Assembly (NCBI GenBank): GCA_966211335.1
Contig: CBIHNF010000001.1
Span: forward strand, 1,242,847-1,306,846
Direction: 5' to 3'
DNA length: 64,000 nucleotides
From: an uncultured Alphaproteobacteria bacterium
Lineage (GTDB): Bacteria > Pseudomonadota > Alphaproteobacteria > Micavibrionales > UBA2020
The notes beneath the pieces were generated by a model that saw nothing but the letters and a program-made list of their open reading frames with translations, searched no databases and was not told where the DNA came from. Below are positions 55,364 through 64,000 of this stretch, in pieces. The translations under genes were made by a program, and so were the position numbers. Position 1 is the stretch's first letter. Each line of letters starts with the position of its first letter.

Positions 55364-56251
55364 CTATTTTTTCGTGCGGGTGGGGTACCCGTAGCCGAAG
55401 TCATGCTTTAAATAACGGGCGCAGGTTTCGTTAAAAAAAGCCTCGTCCGCCGGCGGGAAATAGTCGGTAAGGGGCTTTTTGGGGGCCGTGCGGACAACGG
55501 TTGTCGAGACTTCCGGGTTGGGCTTTTCTGCCATTTTCTCGCGGCTGTTGGCGGCGACGGCTTCGGTCAAGAGGTCGTCCGTTACCTTATTAACACCGAA
55601 AAAGTCACAGACGTTTTTCAACGCGCCTTTGCCATCGGCTTTCATGTCTTCATAGCGCAGAGCCATCACTTTGCCGTGATTATTCTCCAGCACATCGCCC
55701 CATTCATTCATGAAGCGGATGCGCGACCAGATATCGCTATAGAAGGTTTTCTGCGCCACATCGCCGCGCAGGTAGGTCGAGAAATCGCAATTATAATCGC
55801 CCTTGAATCGCTCGTAGTGAGAGACGAGGGATTCTTTCAGCTCTCGCACCAGCACGAGATAGCGGGGGAAGTGAAGGCCGGGAATGGCGAGCGTCAGCGC
55901 ATGCGGGTAGCCGTGCGAGTGGACAATCTGCGGGATCTGCTTGTATTTGGGCGGCGACTTGGTGTGGCCGACGACGCTGTCATCCTGAATGTGCTCGAGC
56001 GCTGGCAGGTTGTAGAGGCGGATAAGCACCGTCGACAGCATGTTCTTGATCCAGTGGCTACCGGACTGCTGCATGGAGACGATATGGCCGTCGAAGTTGC
56101 GGTGCGCCAGAAGGCTCGCATTGGTCCAGCGGCGGTTGAGCGTGTAAAGTCTGAAAATCCTGTCCGTGCGGTTCAAGGCCGTGTGCTTTCCAATGTCGAT
56201 TTTGTCAGAATTGGAATTTAGCGACATTTGGCGGTCTTGGAAAGGCTGCAT
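55364..56251 (-). CDS. Sulfotransferase-family protein (cytoplasmic)
   Basis: 5'-PSB-like loop MQQSGSHWIKNML and a 3'-PB-like segment YLVLVRELKESLVSHY. The start is ambiguous: 56251 lies after the M48 stop with AGGAA upstream, and 56290 and 56227 are alternatives. Confidence 0.7.
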   Translation of the reverse strand: MQPFQDRQMSLNSNSDKIDIGKHTALNRTDRIFRLYTLNRRWTNASLLAHRNFDGHIVSMQQSGSHWIKNMLSTVLIRLYNLPALEHIQDDSVVGHTKSPPKYKQIPQIVHSHGYPHALTLAIPGLHFPRYLVLVRELKESLVSHYERFKGDYNCDFSTYLRGDVAQKTFYSDIWSRIRFMNEWGDVLENNHGKVMALRYEDMKADGKGALKNVCDFFGVNKVTDDLLTEAVAANSREKMAEKPNPEVSTTVVRTAPKKPLTDYFPPADEAFFNETCARYLKHDFGYGYPTRTKK

Positions 56252-56264
56252 ATTTCCTGTCAAA

Positions 56265-57074
56265 TCATTGTTTTTTGGGAACCGGAACATCCTTGCAATA
56301 GTGCTTTACCTGCACCCAGTCATCCTTGGTCATGACGGGTTTGGCGTCTTTGTTGTCGAATTCCGCGGCCATTTCGGCGCGGGAGGTGCTGGAGGGGTGG
56401 TCGGAGATGAACTGGCTGGCAATGCCGCCGTCTTCCAGCCGCTCGAAGAATTTGCGAAAGCCGCTGTTATCCACATGCGCGGCCTGCAGGCGGGCAAGGC
56501 CGTCATGGTCGGCTTCGGCTTCCTGCGCCCGGGAGAAGTTGGCGCGCATGAGGAAGTCGGCCGTTTCCGCGCTAGAATCCGCATCGCCGCCAAAGACCAT
56601 GCTGAGGCCTTGGCTGGTCAGCAGGCGGACGAGGATCACCTCCATGATATGGCGGTGGCGCACGTGTTCAATCTCATGTGCCAGCACGCCCGCCGCTTCA
56701 TCCGCCGATTGCGCTTGTGTCAGGAAGCCGGTGTTGATATAGAGCTTGCCGCCAAGGCTTGCGAAGGCGTTGATGGCAGGGTCGCGCACGACTTTGACGT
56801 CGATCGAGAATTCGGCATCCCCCGGCTGCACGGGATAGATGCGGCGAATGAGTTTATCTAGCAGCTTGTCCGCGCCGGGGTTGGCGGTGCAGGCCTGCAA
56901 CGGCAGGTTGAAGGCATCTCTTTCCGCCATTTTTTTTTCCCAGCTCCAGGGAATAGCATGGGCGAGGGGCGTAATGCCGAGCGCGAAGCCTGCCGCAAGA
57001 AGGCAACCGCAGGCGAGCCACAGTAGACCCTTTAGTTTTGAAGCCTTGTCGCTATGTTCCGCGGCTTCGGTCAT
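56265..57074 (-). CDS. M48-family zinc metallopeptidase, N-terminally anchored
   Basis: HEIEHVRHRH (HExxH) and downstream EAEAD. One N-terminal hydrophobic segment, LLWLACGCLLAAGFALGI. The ATG overlaps the upstream stop (ATGA at 57071-57074). Confidence 0.85.
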   Translation of the reverse strand: MTEAAEHSDKASKLKGLLWLACGCLLAAGFALGITPLAHAIPWSWEKKMAERDAFNLPLQACTANPGADKLLDKLIRRIYPVQPGDAEFSIDVKVVRDPAINAFASLGGKLYINTGFLTQAQSADEAAGVLAHEIEHVRHRHIMEVILVRLLTSQGLSMVFGGDADSSAETADFLMRANFSRAQEAEADHDGLARLQAAHVDNSGFRKFFERLEDGGIASQFISDHPSSTSRAEMAAEFDNKDAKPVMTKDDWVQVKHYCKDVPVPKKQ

Positions 57075-58372
57075 GGGTGATGCTTCGTGTAGGCAATGAA
57101 GGCGTAGAAAATAATCAGGATGACAAAGCCGATGATCCTCATCGGCCCTGCCTGCGAGCGCCTTGCGTTGCTGGCGGTCGCGAGCGCAGCCACGGTATCG
57201 CCGCGCGCGGCTTCCACAAAGGTTTCGCGGTCCTGGATAATCGCCTGCGCCGGCAGGATCGGCTGTTTGGTCGTGAGGCCCGGCACGCGTTTTACCGCCG
57301 TGCCGATCGCCATGATTTCAACCAGCCCGCCGCCCATGTCGTAGACGCGGGTTTTAACGCCAATGACTTCATCTGCGTTGCATTTGGTCGCTGCGGTCTG
57401 CAACCGCTCGAAGGCTTTTTCGCGCGCCTCATAGAGCAATTCGCTCAAGGTATTCACCTCGCCGCCGGCAAGGCTTTTCACGAAGGAGCCGATGCCGGAG
57501 GCGAGGCCCAGCGAATAGACGGAAACGCCCATGACAAGCGTGATCGGCATATAGCCGATGTTAACCATGTTCCACAACTCTTCATTGGTCATGTCGGACG
57601 TCACGGGGTCGTGGTTGTAATTCGCCAGCGACGGGTGCGAGGCGGCGGTGCCGAGCATCAGCATCTCCTGCGCGCCAAGGAGCGGCATGATGGAGGTCTG
57701 GATGCCGATGACGGCATTGGCGCCGACTTCACGCGCCGCGTCCTTGATGCGCGAGAGGGCAAGGTGGCGGGTGCGGTCGAAAATTTCGGTATACTGCGGC
57801 ACTTCGCCGCGCTTCAAGCCGCGAAAGGCCCCCGCGATATTGCCGCCGACGCCGATGGAATAGGCAACGTTGCCGCTGACGAAACTTTTCGGCGTGAAGC
57901 CTGAATCAATCTGGCAGTACAGCTGCTGCGCATCGGCGAAGGAGGAAAAGCTCATGGCGCCGGCGGTGTTGTTCGGGTCGTTGACGGTGGAGCCGAAGGC
58001 GAGGAATTCAATATTGCTGCCGTGATTGATGAGGTCGAAGGTGACGCCGGCAAGGCCGACGCCGCCGTAATGCGCCGCTTCCTTCATCATGCGGTCATAG
58101 GCGTTTTTGCGGCCGTCGTAGACAAGCTTGGTGATCTCCGTCACTTCGCCGCCCGCTAGGTTGGAGAGGCCGGCGCCAATGCCGCGCCCGACGCCGAGCG
58201 AGAGGACGTTGTTGCCAAGGCACAGCTGCCCCGGCCGGTAGCCGAGTTTTTCAAGGCAGAAAATTTCGTTGCCGGAGAAGCCGGTAATCTTGCCGTGATC
58301 TTTAATGGGCACTTTGGAAATTCCTTTGCTGAAAAATGCGGAGGCGCACTCGCATTGTTTAGCATGGAACAA
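57071..58372 (-). CDS. Protein with three tandem YbjQ/UPF0145-like domains and a C-terminal TM tail anchor
   Basis: Three modules of about 105 aa each contain G-x-x-x-L-A/K-G/R-GEV...Y...R..A..R......A....ANAVIG-type blocks: NLAGGEVTEITKLVYDGRKNAYDRM, GLKRGEVPQYTEIFDRTRHLALSRI and SLAGGEVNTLSELLYEAREKAFERL. The C-terminus MRIIGFVILIIFYAFIAYT is hydrophobic. Confidence 0.7.
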   Translation of the reverse strand: MFHAKQCECASAFFSKGISKVPIKDHGKITGFSGNEIFCLEKLGYRPGQLCLGNNVLSLGVGRGIGAGLSNLAGGEVTEITKLVYDGRKNAYDRMMKEAAHYGGVGLAGVTFDLINHGSNIEFLAFGSTVNDPNNTAGAMSFSSFADAQQLYCQIDSGFTPKSFVSGNVAYSIGVGGNIAGAFRGLKRGEVPQYTEIFDRTRHLALSRIKDAAREVGANAVIGIQTSIMPLLGAQEMLMLGTAASHPSLANYNHDPVTSDMTNEELWNMVNIGYMPITLVMGVSVYSLGLASGIGSFVKSLAGGEVNTLSELLYEAREKAFERLQTAATKCNADEVIGVKTRVYDMGGGLVEIMAIGTAVKRVPGLTTKQPILPAQAIIQDRETFVEAARGDTVAALATASNARRSQAGPMRIIGFVILIIFYAFIAYTKHHP

Positions 58373-58441
58373 ATAACAAGCTGTTAAAGGGCGCGTTTCA
58401 GTAACGCTGGAAAAAAAAGGAGTGAGAAGTGCGACTCGTTC

Positions 58442-58476
58442 TTAATTGGCAATAAATACGGTATTGAATCAATTAA
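58442..58476. promoter_or_regulatory. Nested palindromes in the AT-rich leader of the four-gene operon
   Basis: TTAATTG (58442-58448) / CAATTAA (58470-58476) enclose AATAC-G-GTATT (58454-58464). They sit about 70-100 nt upstream of the ATG at 58372. Confidence 0.3.
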
Positions 58477-58599
58477 TTAGACGTATTTTTAGCCTTTAAA
58501 AAGGACTATTTCTAAAACAGCTTCCGCGGCATCCCATCTCCCACCGTCGTTTTCTTCCTGGGCTATTTTACAGTATTTCTGGCGGTCACGGCGATAAAA

Positions 58600-59775
58600 T
58601 TACCTGCCGCGCGCAGTCTCTGTTTGCGACGCAGTTACAGGCTCGTCCGGCGCGGCGGCGGCGAGGGCTTTGCGGTCGCCTTCGATGAAAAGGCCGAGGG
58701 GCTGCAGCCGCTCGATACGGTCGCAGATGATCTTGATCATGGCGAGGATGGGGACGGACAATATCGCGCCCGCAAGTCCCCACATCCAGTACCAGAAAAT
58801 CAGCGAGAGGATGACCAGCACGGGGTTGAGCGTAAAGCGCCGCGCCAGCAGGTGCGGCGTGATAAAGGTGCTTTCAATGATATGCACGACAAGGTAGAGC
58901 GCGGCCGGCAGCGCGGCATTCCATGATTCCGAGGTGCCCATGAGACCGACAAAGACAAACAGCGCCGCCGCGAAAAAGGGCCCCGCAATCGGCACGTAGT
59001 TGAGAATAAAGGCGGCCGCCGCCCAGAGCATGGGGTCGCCAACGTCGAGATACCACATGATGAAGAAGGTGGCGAGGCCGACAATCGCGTTCATGATGGT
59101 AATGGTCATGAGGTAAATGGAAATATCCTGCTCGATCTGCTTGAAAATTTCCACCGCCTGCCGCTTGTTGCGGAATTTCGGCAGCGATTCAACGATGCGG
59201 CGCAAAAACGTATCGCCGGACGACAGCATGAAGAACAGCAGCAGTACGATGGTGAACAGGTTGCTGGCAAGGCTCTGCGTCGTGATCATGATCTTGTCGA
59301 CAAGGCGGGAGCCCGGCATGACGACGGTCGTCGTGGCCTTCGGCCCCGTGCCCTTGGTCAGGTCTTCCGCCTGCGCCAGCATTTTCTGCGTATCGGCGAC
59401 AGGCTTGCTGAGGAAGTGCAGCTTGGCCTTTATCTCGGGCAGGTTGTCCGGAATCTGCTGCGCCCAGTTGGCGGCGGGGCCGGCAAGGGCGGAGCCCATG
59501 ACCCAGAGCGCGCCGACCAGCAGCGCGATAATCAGCAGCGCCGCCAGCCGCCGCGGGATGGGGAAATTACCCAGCAGGCGCAGGAAGGGCTGCAGCACCA
59601 GCTTCAGGAAGATGGCGATGACGATAGGGATGAACAGCGTATCGGCAATCTTGAGCGCCGAAAAGAGCAGGATGATGAAAATGCCGCCTAGGAAAAAGGT
59701 GCGAATGGGAATGATGGGCGCATCATCTGCCTCGATAACGCTATCGTTTAAATTCTCGGTTGCCGGTTCAGTCAT
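58600..59775 (-). CDS. AI-2E family transporter (PerM/UPF0118)
   Basis: About 391 aa and 7-8 TM segments, with the family-typical layout. The ATG at 59775 is preferred over the TTG at 59796. Confidence 0.8.
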   Translation of the reverse strand: MTEPATENLNDSVIEADDAPIIPIRTFFLGGIFIILLFSALKIADTLFIPIVIAIFLKLVLQPFLRLLGNFPIPRRLAALLIIALLVGALWVMGSALAGPAANWAQQIPDNLPEIKAKLHFLSKPVADTQKMLAQAEDLTKGTGPKATTTVVMPGSRLVDKIMITTQSLASNLFTIVLLLFFMLSSGDTFLRRIVESLPKFRNKRQAVEIFKQIEQDISIYLMTITIMNAIVGLATFFIMWYLDVGDPMLWAAAAFILNYVPIAGPFFAAALFVFVGLMGTSESWNAALPAALYLVVHIIESTFITPHLLARRFTLNPVLVILSLIFWYWMWGLAGAILSVPILAMIKIICDRIERLQPLGLFIEGDRKALAAAAPDEPVTASQTETARGR

Positions 59776-59936
59776 GAAAGCCTTGATAAATATCAATTTG
59801 CATAATTTTCAAACGCTGGTTTGCGTCAATATGACCTAACCCGCGCGCGGGCTTATCGTTCCATATGGGGGCATAGTGATTGTTATGGCCGCCAAAGAAC
59901 TTATATTAGGAAAGAAGCAGGAGCCGCCCGAAAGCC

Positions 59937-60812
59937 ATGAGCCTTATTGACCTCACCATTCCCCCGCGCCTTGCCGATGTCGGCGGTGCAACAGTGCGGC
60001 GGTTGCTGCCCTATGTGAAGCGCCGTATGGTGGGGCCGTTTATTTTCCTCGACCATATGGGCCCCGCGCATTTTGAAGCCGGGCAGGGCATGGAAGTGCT
60101 GCCGCATCCGCATATCGGCCTCTCCACCGTGACCTATTTGTTTGAAGGCGAGATTACCCACCGCGACAGCATAGGCTCCGAACAGCGCATCACCCCCGGC
60201 GCGCTGAACTGGATGACGGCAGGCCGCGGCATTACCCATTCGGAACGGACGGATGCGCAGGAGCGCGCGCACAGCCACAACGCGCACGGGCTGCAAAGCT
60301 GGGTCGCGCTGCCGAAAGAATGTGAAGACATGGCGCCGGAATTCCACCACCACGCGGCGGAAGACCTGCCTGCCTTCCGGCAGGGCGATGCCGCGGTGAC
60401 GCTGGTCGCTGGTCGCGCCTTCGGCTATGAATCCCCCGCCAAAATCTACAGCCCGCTGTTTTATGCCGATGTGAAATTGAAGGCGGGCGGCAGCATCGAC
60501 CTGCCGGCGGATTATGCCGAGCGCGCGTTGTATCTCGTCAGCGGCGCGCTGAATATTGGCGGCACGGATGTTGCGGCGTTGAGCCTGCCGGTGTTCGGCA
60601 AGGGCGAGACGGTGAAGGTGACAGCGGCGAATGACAGCCACTTTATGCTGCTCGGCGGCGAACCCTTTGGCGAGCCGCGCTACATCGACTGGAATTTCGT
60701 GGCCACTTCGAAAGAACGTCTGCAGCAGGCGAAAGAAGACTGGCGCCATGGCCGCTTCCCTAAAATTCCCGGCGACGATGCCGAATTTATTCCGCTGCCG
60801 GCCTATCCCTGA
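59937..60812 (+). CDS. Pirin-family bicupin protein
   Basis: HPHIGLSTVTYLFEGEITHRDS metal-binding motif; 291 aa. Confidence 0.88.
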   Translation: MSLIDLTIPPRLADVGGATVRRLLPYVKRRMVGPFIFLDHMGPAHFEAGQGMEVLPHPHIGLSTVTYLFEGEITHRDSIGSEQRITPGALNWMTAGRGITHSERTDAQERAHSHNAHGLQSWVALPKECEDMAPEFHHHAAEDLPAFRQGDAAVTLVAGRAFGYESPAKIYSPLFYADVKLKAGGSIDLPADYAERALYLVSGALNIGGTDVAALSLPVFGKGETVKVTAANDSHFMLLGGEPFGEPRYIDWNFVATSKERLQQAKEDWRHGRFPKIPGDDAEFIPLPAYP

Positions 60813-60838
60813 TGCACTCTATGACAGGATCTCAAGTT

Positions 60839-61855
60839 ATGAAGCGTGTTTTCTTTCTGGGGCTTATTCTCGCGGCGGTGGCGGCGGGTTATTTGTGGCA
60901 CAACCGGCCGCTCAGCGTCAGCGTTGTGAAGCCGCAGCGGCAGGAAGCCATTCAGGCTGTCTATGCCACCGGCACGGTCGAGCCCTCCGTCATGTTCCCC
61001 ATCGCGCCGCGCATGGCAGGCAAGCTGATGTCGCTGCAGGCGGATGAAGGCCAGCGCGTCGTCAAAGGGCAGGTGCTGGCGCAGCTGGAGGATACAGATC
61101 TTCAGAAAATGCTGGAGCAGCAAAAGGCCAAGCTCGACCAAGCGGAGAAAGATTACACCCGCAAGGCAATGCTGCTGAAGACCAACGCCGTCTCGCCGGA
61201 TGCGGTGGAGCAGGCGCTGTCGGTGCGCGATGCCTCCCGTGCGGCCGTGGAACAGATCAATGCGCAGATCGGCTATATGCAGCTGACAGCGCCGGCGGAT
61301 GGCGAGTTGCTCCGCCGTGATGGCGAAGTTGGGCAGCTCATCCCCGTCAACCAGCCGGTGTTCTATATGTCGTGCTGCGCCCCCTTGCGCATTGCGGCGG
61401 ATGTGGATGAGGAAGACATCTCGCTTGTCCAGCCGGGGCTGGAGGTTGTCATCAGCGCCGATGCGTTCCCCGGCAAGGTCTATCACGGCAAGGTGCAAAG
61501 CATCACGCCGAAGGGCGACCCTGTCGCCCGCAGCTTCCGCACCCGCATCGGCCTTGATGGCGATACCGACCTCATGATCGGCATGACGGCGGAAACGAAC
61601 ATTATCATCTCCAAAAAACAAAACGCCCTCATGCTGCCCGTCGCGGCGGTGAAGGACGGCAACGTCTGGCTGGTCGGCGCGGGCGGCAGCATCACCGAAA
61701 AACCCGTCAAAACTGGCATCAAGACCATCAAGGCGATCGAGGTCACGGAAGGCCTTGCCGATGATGACACAGTAGTCGCCGACGTCAGCCAGCCGCAGCC
61801 CGAAGGCCGCCGCATCCGCCCGCAGCTGGACAGCTGGCAGGCGAAACAGGAATAA
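60839..61855 (+). CDS. HlyD/MacA-type periplasmic adaptor
   Basis: N-terminal anchor VFFLGLILAAVAAGYLW, coiled coil (LEDTDLQKMLEQQKAKLDQAEKDY) and a beta-barrel C-terminus. The alternative ATG at 60812 overlaps the pirin stop (TGATG). Confidence 0.85.
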   Translation: MKRVFFLGLILAAVAAGYLWHNRPLSVSVVKPQRQEAIQAVYATGTVEPSVMFPIAPRMAGKLMSLQADEGQRVVKGQVLAQLEDTDLQKMLEQQKAKLDQAEKDYTRKAMLLKTNAVSPDAVEQALSVRDASRAAVEQINAQIGYMQLTAPADGELLRRDGEVGQLIPVNQPVFYMSCCAPLRIAADVDEEDISLVQPGLEVVISADAFPGKVYHGKVQSITPKGDPVARSFRTRIGLDGDTDLMIGMTAETNIIISKKQNALMLPVAAVKDGNVWLVGAGGSITEKPVKTGIKTIKAIEVTEGLADDDTVVADVSQPQPEGRRIRPQLDSWQAKQE

Positions 61856-61857
61856 CC

Positions 61858-63099
61858 ATGCGCCTTCTCGCCTTTATCGCCATGAAACACCTGCTCGCAC
61901 GCAAAAGGCAGAGCCTTGTCTCGCTGCTCGGCATCGTCATCGGCGTCGCCTTTTTCCTCACCATCTCCTCCCTCATGCAGGGGTCGGAGAAAGATTTTAT
62001 GAAACGCCTTGTCGATAATTCGCCGCATATCACGGTGTCGGACGAATTCCGCACCCCGCGTCGCCAGCCGCTGGAGGTGCTGTACCCCGACGGCGTCATC
62101 GAGCTGCGCCATGTGACGCCGGAAACCGAAACCCGCGGCATTCGCGGTTTCCGCCAGATGCTTGACCAGCTGCAGGCAACGCCGGGCCTTCGCGCCTCCG
62201 GCGTGTTGACGGCGCAGGCCATTCTCAGCTACGCGGGGCGCGATATCAGCCTCACCCTCAATGGCATGGTACCGTCCGAAATCCGCGATATTACGACGAT
62301 TGACGACCATATCACCCAAGGCTCGGTCGATGACCTTATCGCCAACCGCGACGGCATCATCATCGGCGACGGAACCTTGAAAAAAAATGCGCTCCGCATG
62401 GGTGACAACATCAACCTTGCCGCCTCGACGGGGCAGGTGCGGAGCTTTAAAATCGTCGGCGTCTTCCGCACCGGCCGCACCGAATATGACGAAACCGTCG
62501 CCTTCGTCGACATCAAGCGCGTGCAGGCCATGACCGACCGCAGCAACCGCGCCAATTCCATCATCATCAAGCTCGACAACCCGAATGACGCGCTCGCCTT
62601 CGCCAAATCGCTGGAAGCCCGCATCGGTTATAAATCCGTCTCCTGGCAGGAAGCATCTGAAGACCTGCTCTCGACGCTGGTCGTGCGCAACGTCATCATG
62701 TATTCCGTCGTCAGCGCCGTCCTGATCGTCGCGGCCTTCGGCATTTACAACATTATCTCGACAGTCGTCATGGAAAAGCAGCGCGATATCGCGATTCTAA
62801 AATCGATGGGTTTCGAGGCGAAGGATATCCAGAAAATCTTCCTCGTACAGGGGGCGATCCTCGGGGTTGCGGGCCTTGTGCTGGGGTTGCCGCTCGGCTG
62901 CGTCATGATGACGGTGCTGGGGCAGGTCAAACTGCGCCCACCGGGAGTCAGCGAGATGGTCTATATCCCGCTCGACTGGAGCCTGCCGCAATTCGTGCTG
63001 GCCGGCAGCTTTGCCTTCCTCTCCGCGCTGTTTGCCAGCTATTTGCCGGCGCGCAAGGGCGCGGCCGTCATGCCCGTCGATATTTTAAGGGGCAGCTAA
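61858..63099 (+). CDS. ABC transporter permease, FtsX-fold (MacB/LolC-like)
   Basis: 413 aa. One TM segment, a large periplasmic domain and three C-terminal TM segments. Confidence 0.85.
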   Translation: MRLLAFIAMKHLLARKRQSLVSLLGIVIGVAFFLTISSLMQGSEKDFMKRLVDNSPHITVSDEFRTPRRQPLEVLYPDGVIELRHVTPETETRGIRGFRQMLDQLQATPGLRASGVLTAQAILSYAGRDISLTLNGMVPSEIRDITTIDDHITQGSVDDLIANRDGIIIGDGTLKKNALRMGDNINLAASTGQVRSFKIVGVFRTGRTEYDETVAFVDIKRVQAMTDRSNRANSIIIKLDNPNDALAFAKSLEARIGYKSVSWQEASEDLLSTLVVRNVIMYSVVSAVLIVAAFGIYNIISTVVMEKQRDIAILKSMGFEAKDIQKIFLVQGAILGVAGLVLGLPLGCVMMTVLGQVKLRPPGVSEMVYIPLDWSLPQFVLAGSFAFLSALFASYLPARKGAAVMPVDILRGS

Positions 63100-63102
63100 C
63101 CC

Positions 63103-63798
63103 ATGCTGCTGGATGCAAAACATCTGACGCGCACGCTGCAGGGCGACATTCCCGTCACGCTCGTGAAGGATGCGGATGTCAGCGTCAACCTCGGCGAATT
63201 CGTCGCCATCACGGGGCCGTCGGGCTCCGGCAAATCCTCGCTGCTCTACATCCTCGGCCTGCTTGACCGGCCGACCTCCGGCACCGTGACGATTGACGGG
63301 CAGGATACCTCGAAACTCGGCGAAGATGCCCTCGCACGTTTCCGCCTCGAAAAAATGGGCTTTATCTTCCAGTTCCACTTTTTGCTGGCGGAATTCACCG
63401 CGCTTGAAAACGTCATGCTGCCCATGCGCCGCCTCGGCAAACTTTCCGACCGCGACATTCGTGATCGCGCGCGGCAGTTGTTGCGTGATTTAGGCCTCGA
63501 AGAACAGGCCGATAAACTGCCAAAGCAAATGTCCGGCGGGCAGGCGCAGCGCGTTGCCATCGCAAGGGCGCTGTCCAACCGCCCGCGGCTGATACTGGCG
63601 GACGAGCCGACCGGAAACCTTGACACCGTTTCAAGCCACAATGTGCAGACCATTTTGAAGGAACTTGCCGCAACCGGCGACTGCTCCGTCGTCGCCGTGA
63701 CGCATGACACCTCCTTCGCCGATTTCGCCGACCGCCGTATCCATATTGTGGACGGCGTGATCACCGACAATAAATTGCAGCCTCAAGCTGCACCTTAA
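63103..63798 (+). CDS. ABC transporter ATP-binding protein (MacB/LolD-like)
   Basis: Walker A GPSGSGKSS, signature MSGGQAQR, Walker B LILADEPT. Confidence 0.9.
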   Translation: MLLDAKHLTRTLQGDIPVTLVKDADVSVNLGEFVAITGPSGSGKSSLLYILGLLDRPTSGTVTIDGQDTSKLGEDALARFRLEKMGFIFQFHFLLAEFTALENVMLPMRRLGKLSDRDIRDRARQLLRDLGLEEQADKLPKQMSGGQAQRVAIARALSNRPRLILADEPTGNLDTVSSHNVQTILKELAATGDCSVVAVTHDTSFADFADRRIHIVDGVITDNKLQPQAAP

Positions 63799-64000
63799 CG
63801 CCCTTTATAATCGGCGTAATTCGCCTCGATGTTGAATTCGGCGGCGTAGCTGCTCATGTAGTAGGAGAGGTAGTAGAAGTGGAAATCATCGCTCCACAAA
63901 ATCTGCTGCGGTTTCCGCGCGGGGTCGGAGTTATCCATCATGTTTTCATCATTCACCGTGCCCTGCGCCACCGCGCGGCCATCGACCAGCACAGTATAGG
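63795..64000 (-). CDS. C-terminal end of a hypothetical protein (the gene starts beyond the right edge)
   Basis: The reading frame is open from the window edge to the TAA at 63797-63795 (...NDENMMDNSDPARKPQQILWSDDFHFYYLSYYMSSYAAEFNIEANYADYKGR*). Its stop overlaps the stop of the convergent ABC ATPase gene. Confidence 0.45.
   Translation of the reverse strand, partial: YTVLVDGRAVAQGTVNDENMMDNSDPARKPQQILWSDDFHFYYLSYYMSSYAAEFNIEANYADYKGR

Overview
No search, HMM or folding tool was available. Every family assignment comes from reading motifs in the translations, and family names or IDs are quoted from memory. The window is a dense, mostly housekeeping chromosomal segment. Hand counts of G+C in single 60-nt lines gave 55% and 70% in ordinary genes. 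Gene content and order look alphaproteobacterial: ftsEX, a zinc-ribbon/DUF3426 gene, cpdR, a TIGR02302/DUF4175 low-complexity protein, lysA and a divergent tlpA-like gene. I support about 60 protein-coding genes. These include secA, a parvulin PPIase, dnaQ-mutT, hisC, plsC, ftsEX, lysA, rluD, a UbiH-family hydroxylase, a 2-Cys peroxiredoxin and the giant 1609-aa NAD-glutamate dehydrogenase. They also include an RND pump pair, a MacAB/Lol-like ABC tripartite set, two histidine kinases, two response regulators and three c-di-GMP parts (HD-GYP, GGDEF, PilZ). I found no rRNA, tRNA, CRISPR array, transposase or integrase. Two real genes are missing from the ORF track. One is an edge-truncated RTX-type repeat protein (1-1143, minus). 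The other is a 59-codon lipoprotein whose stop overlaps the lysA start (22109-22288, minus). Many track ORFs are antisense shadows or over-extended starts, and I re-picked starts using SD spacing and homolog N-termini. The best candidate for an undescribed system is a four-gene minus-strand operon at about 54.7-58.4 kb. It encodes a tail-anchored protein with three YbjQ/UPF0145 domains, an M48 metallopeptidase, a sulfotransferase and a secreted Gly/Ser/Thr/Ala low-complexity protein. Second is a low-GC insert of about 0.9 kb (6213-7140) bounded by a perfect 13-bp direct repeat and carrying a single two-TM ORFan. Both are hypotheses that need comparative and experimental checks.
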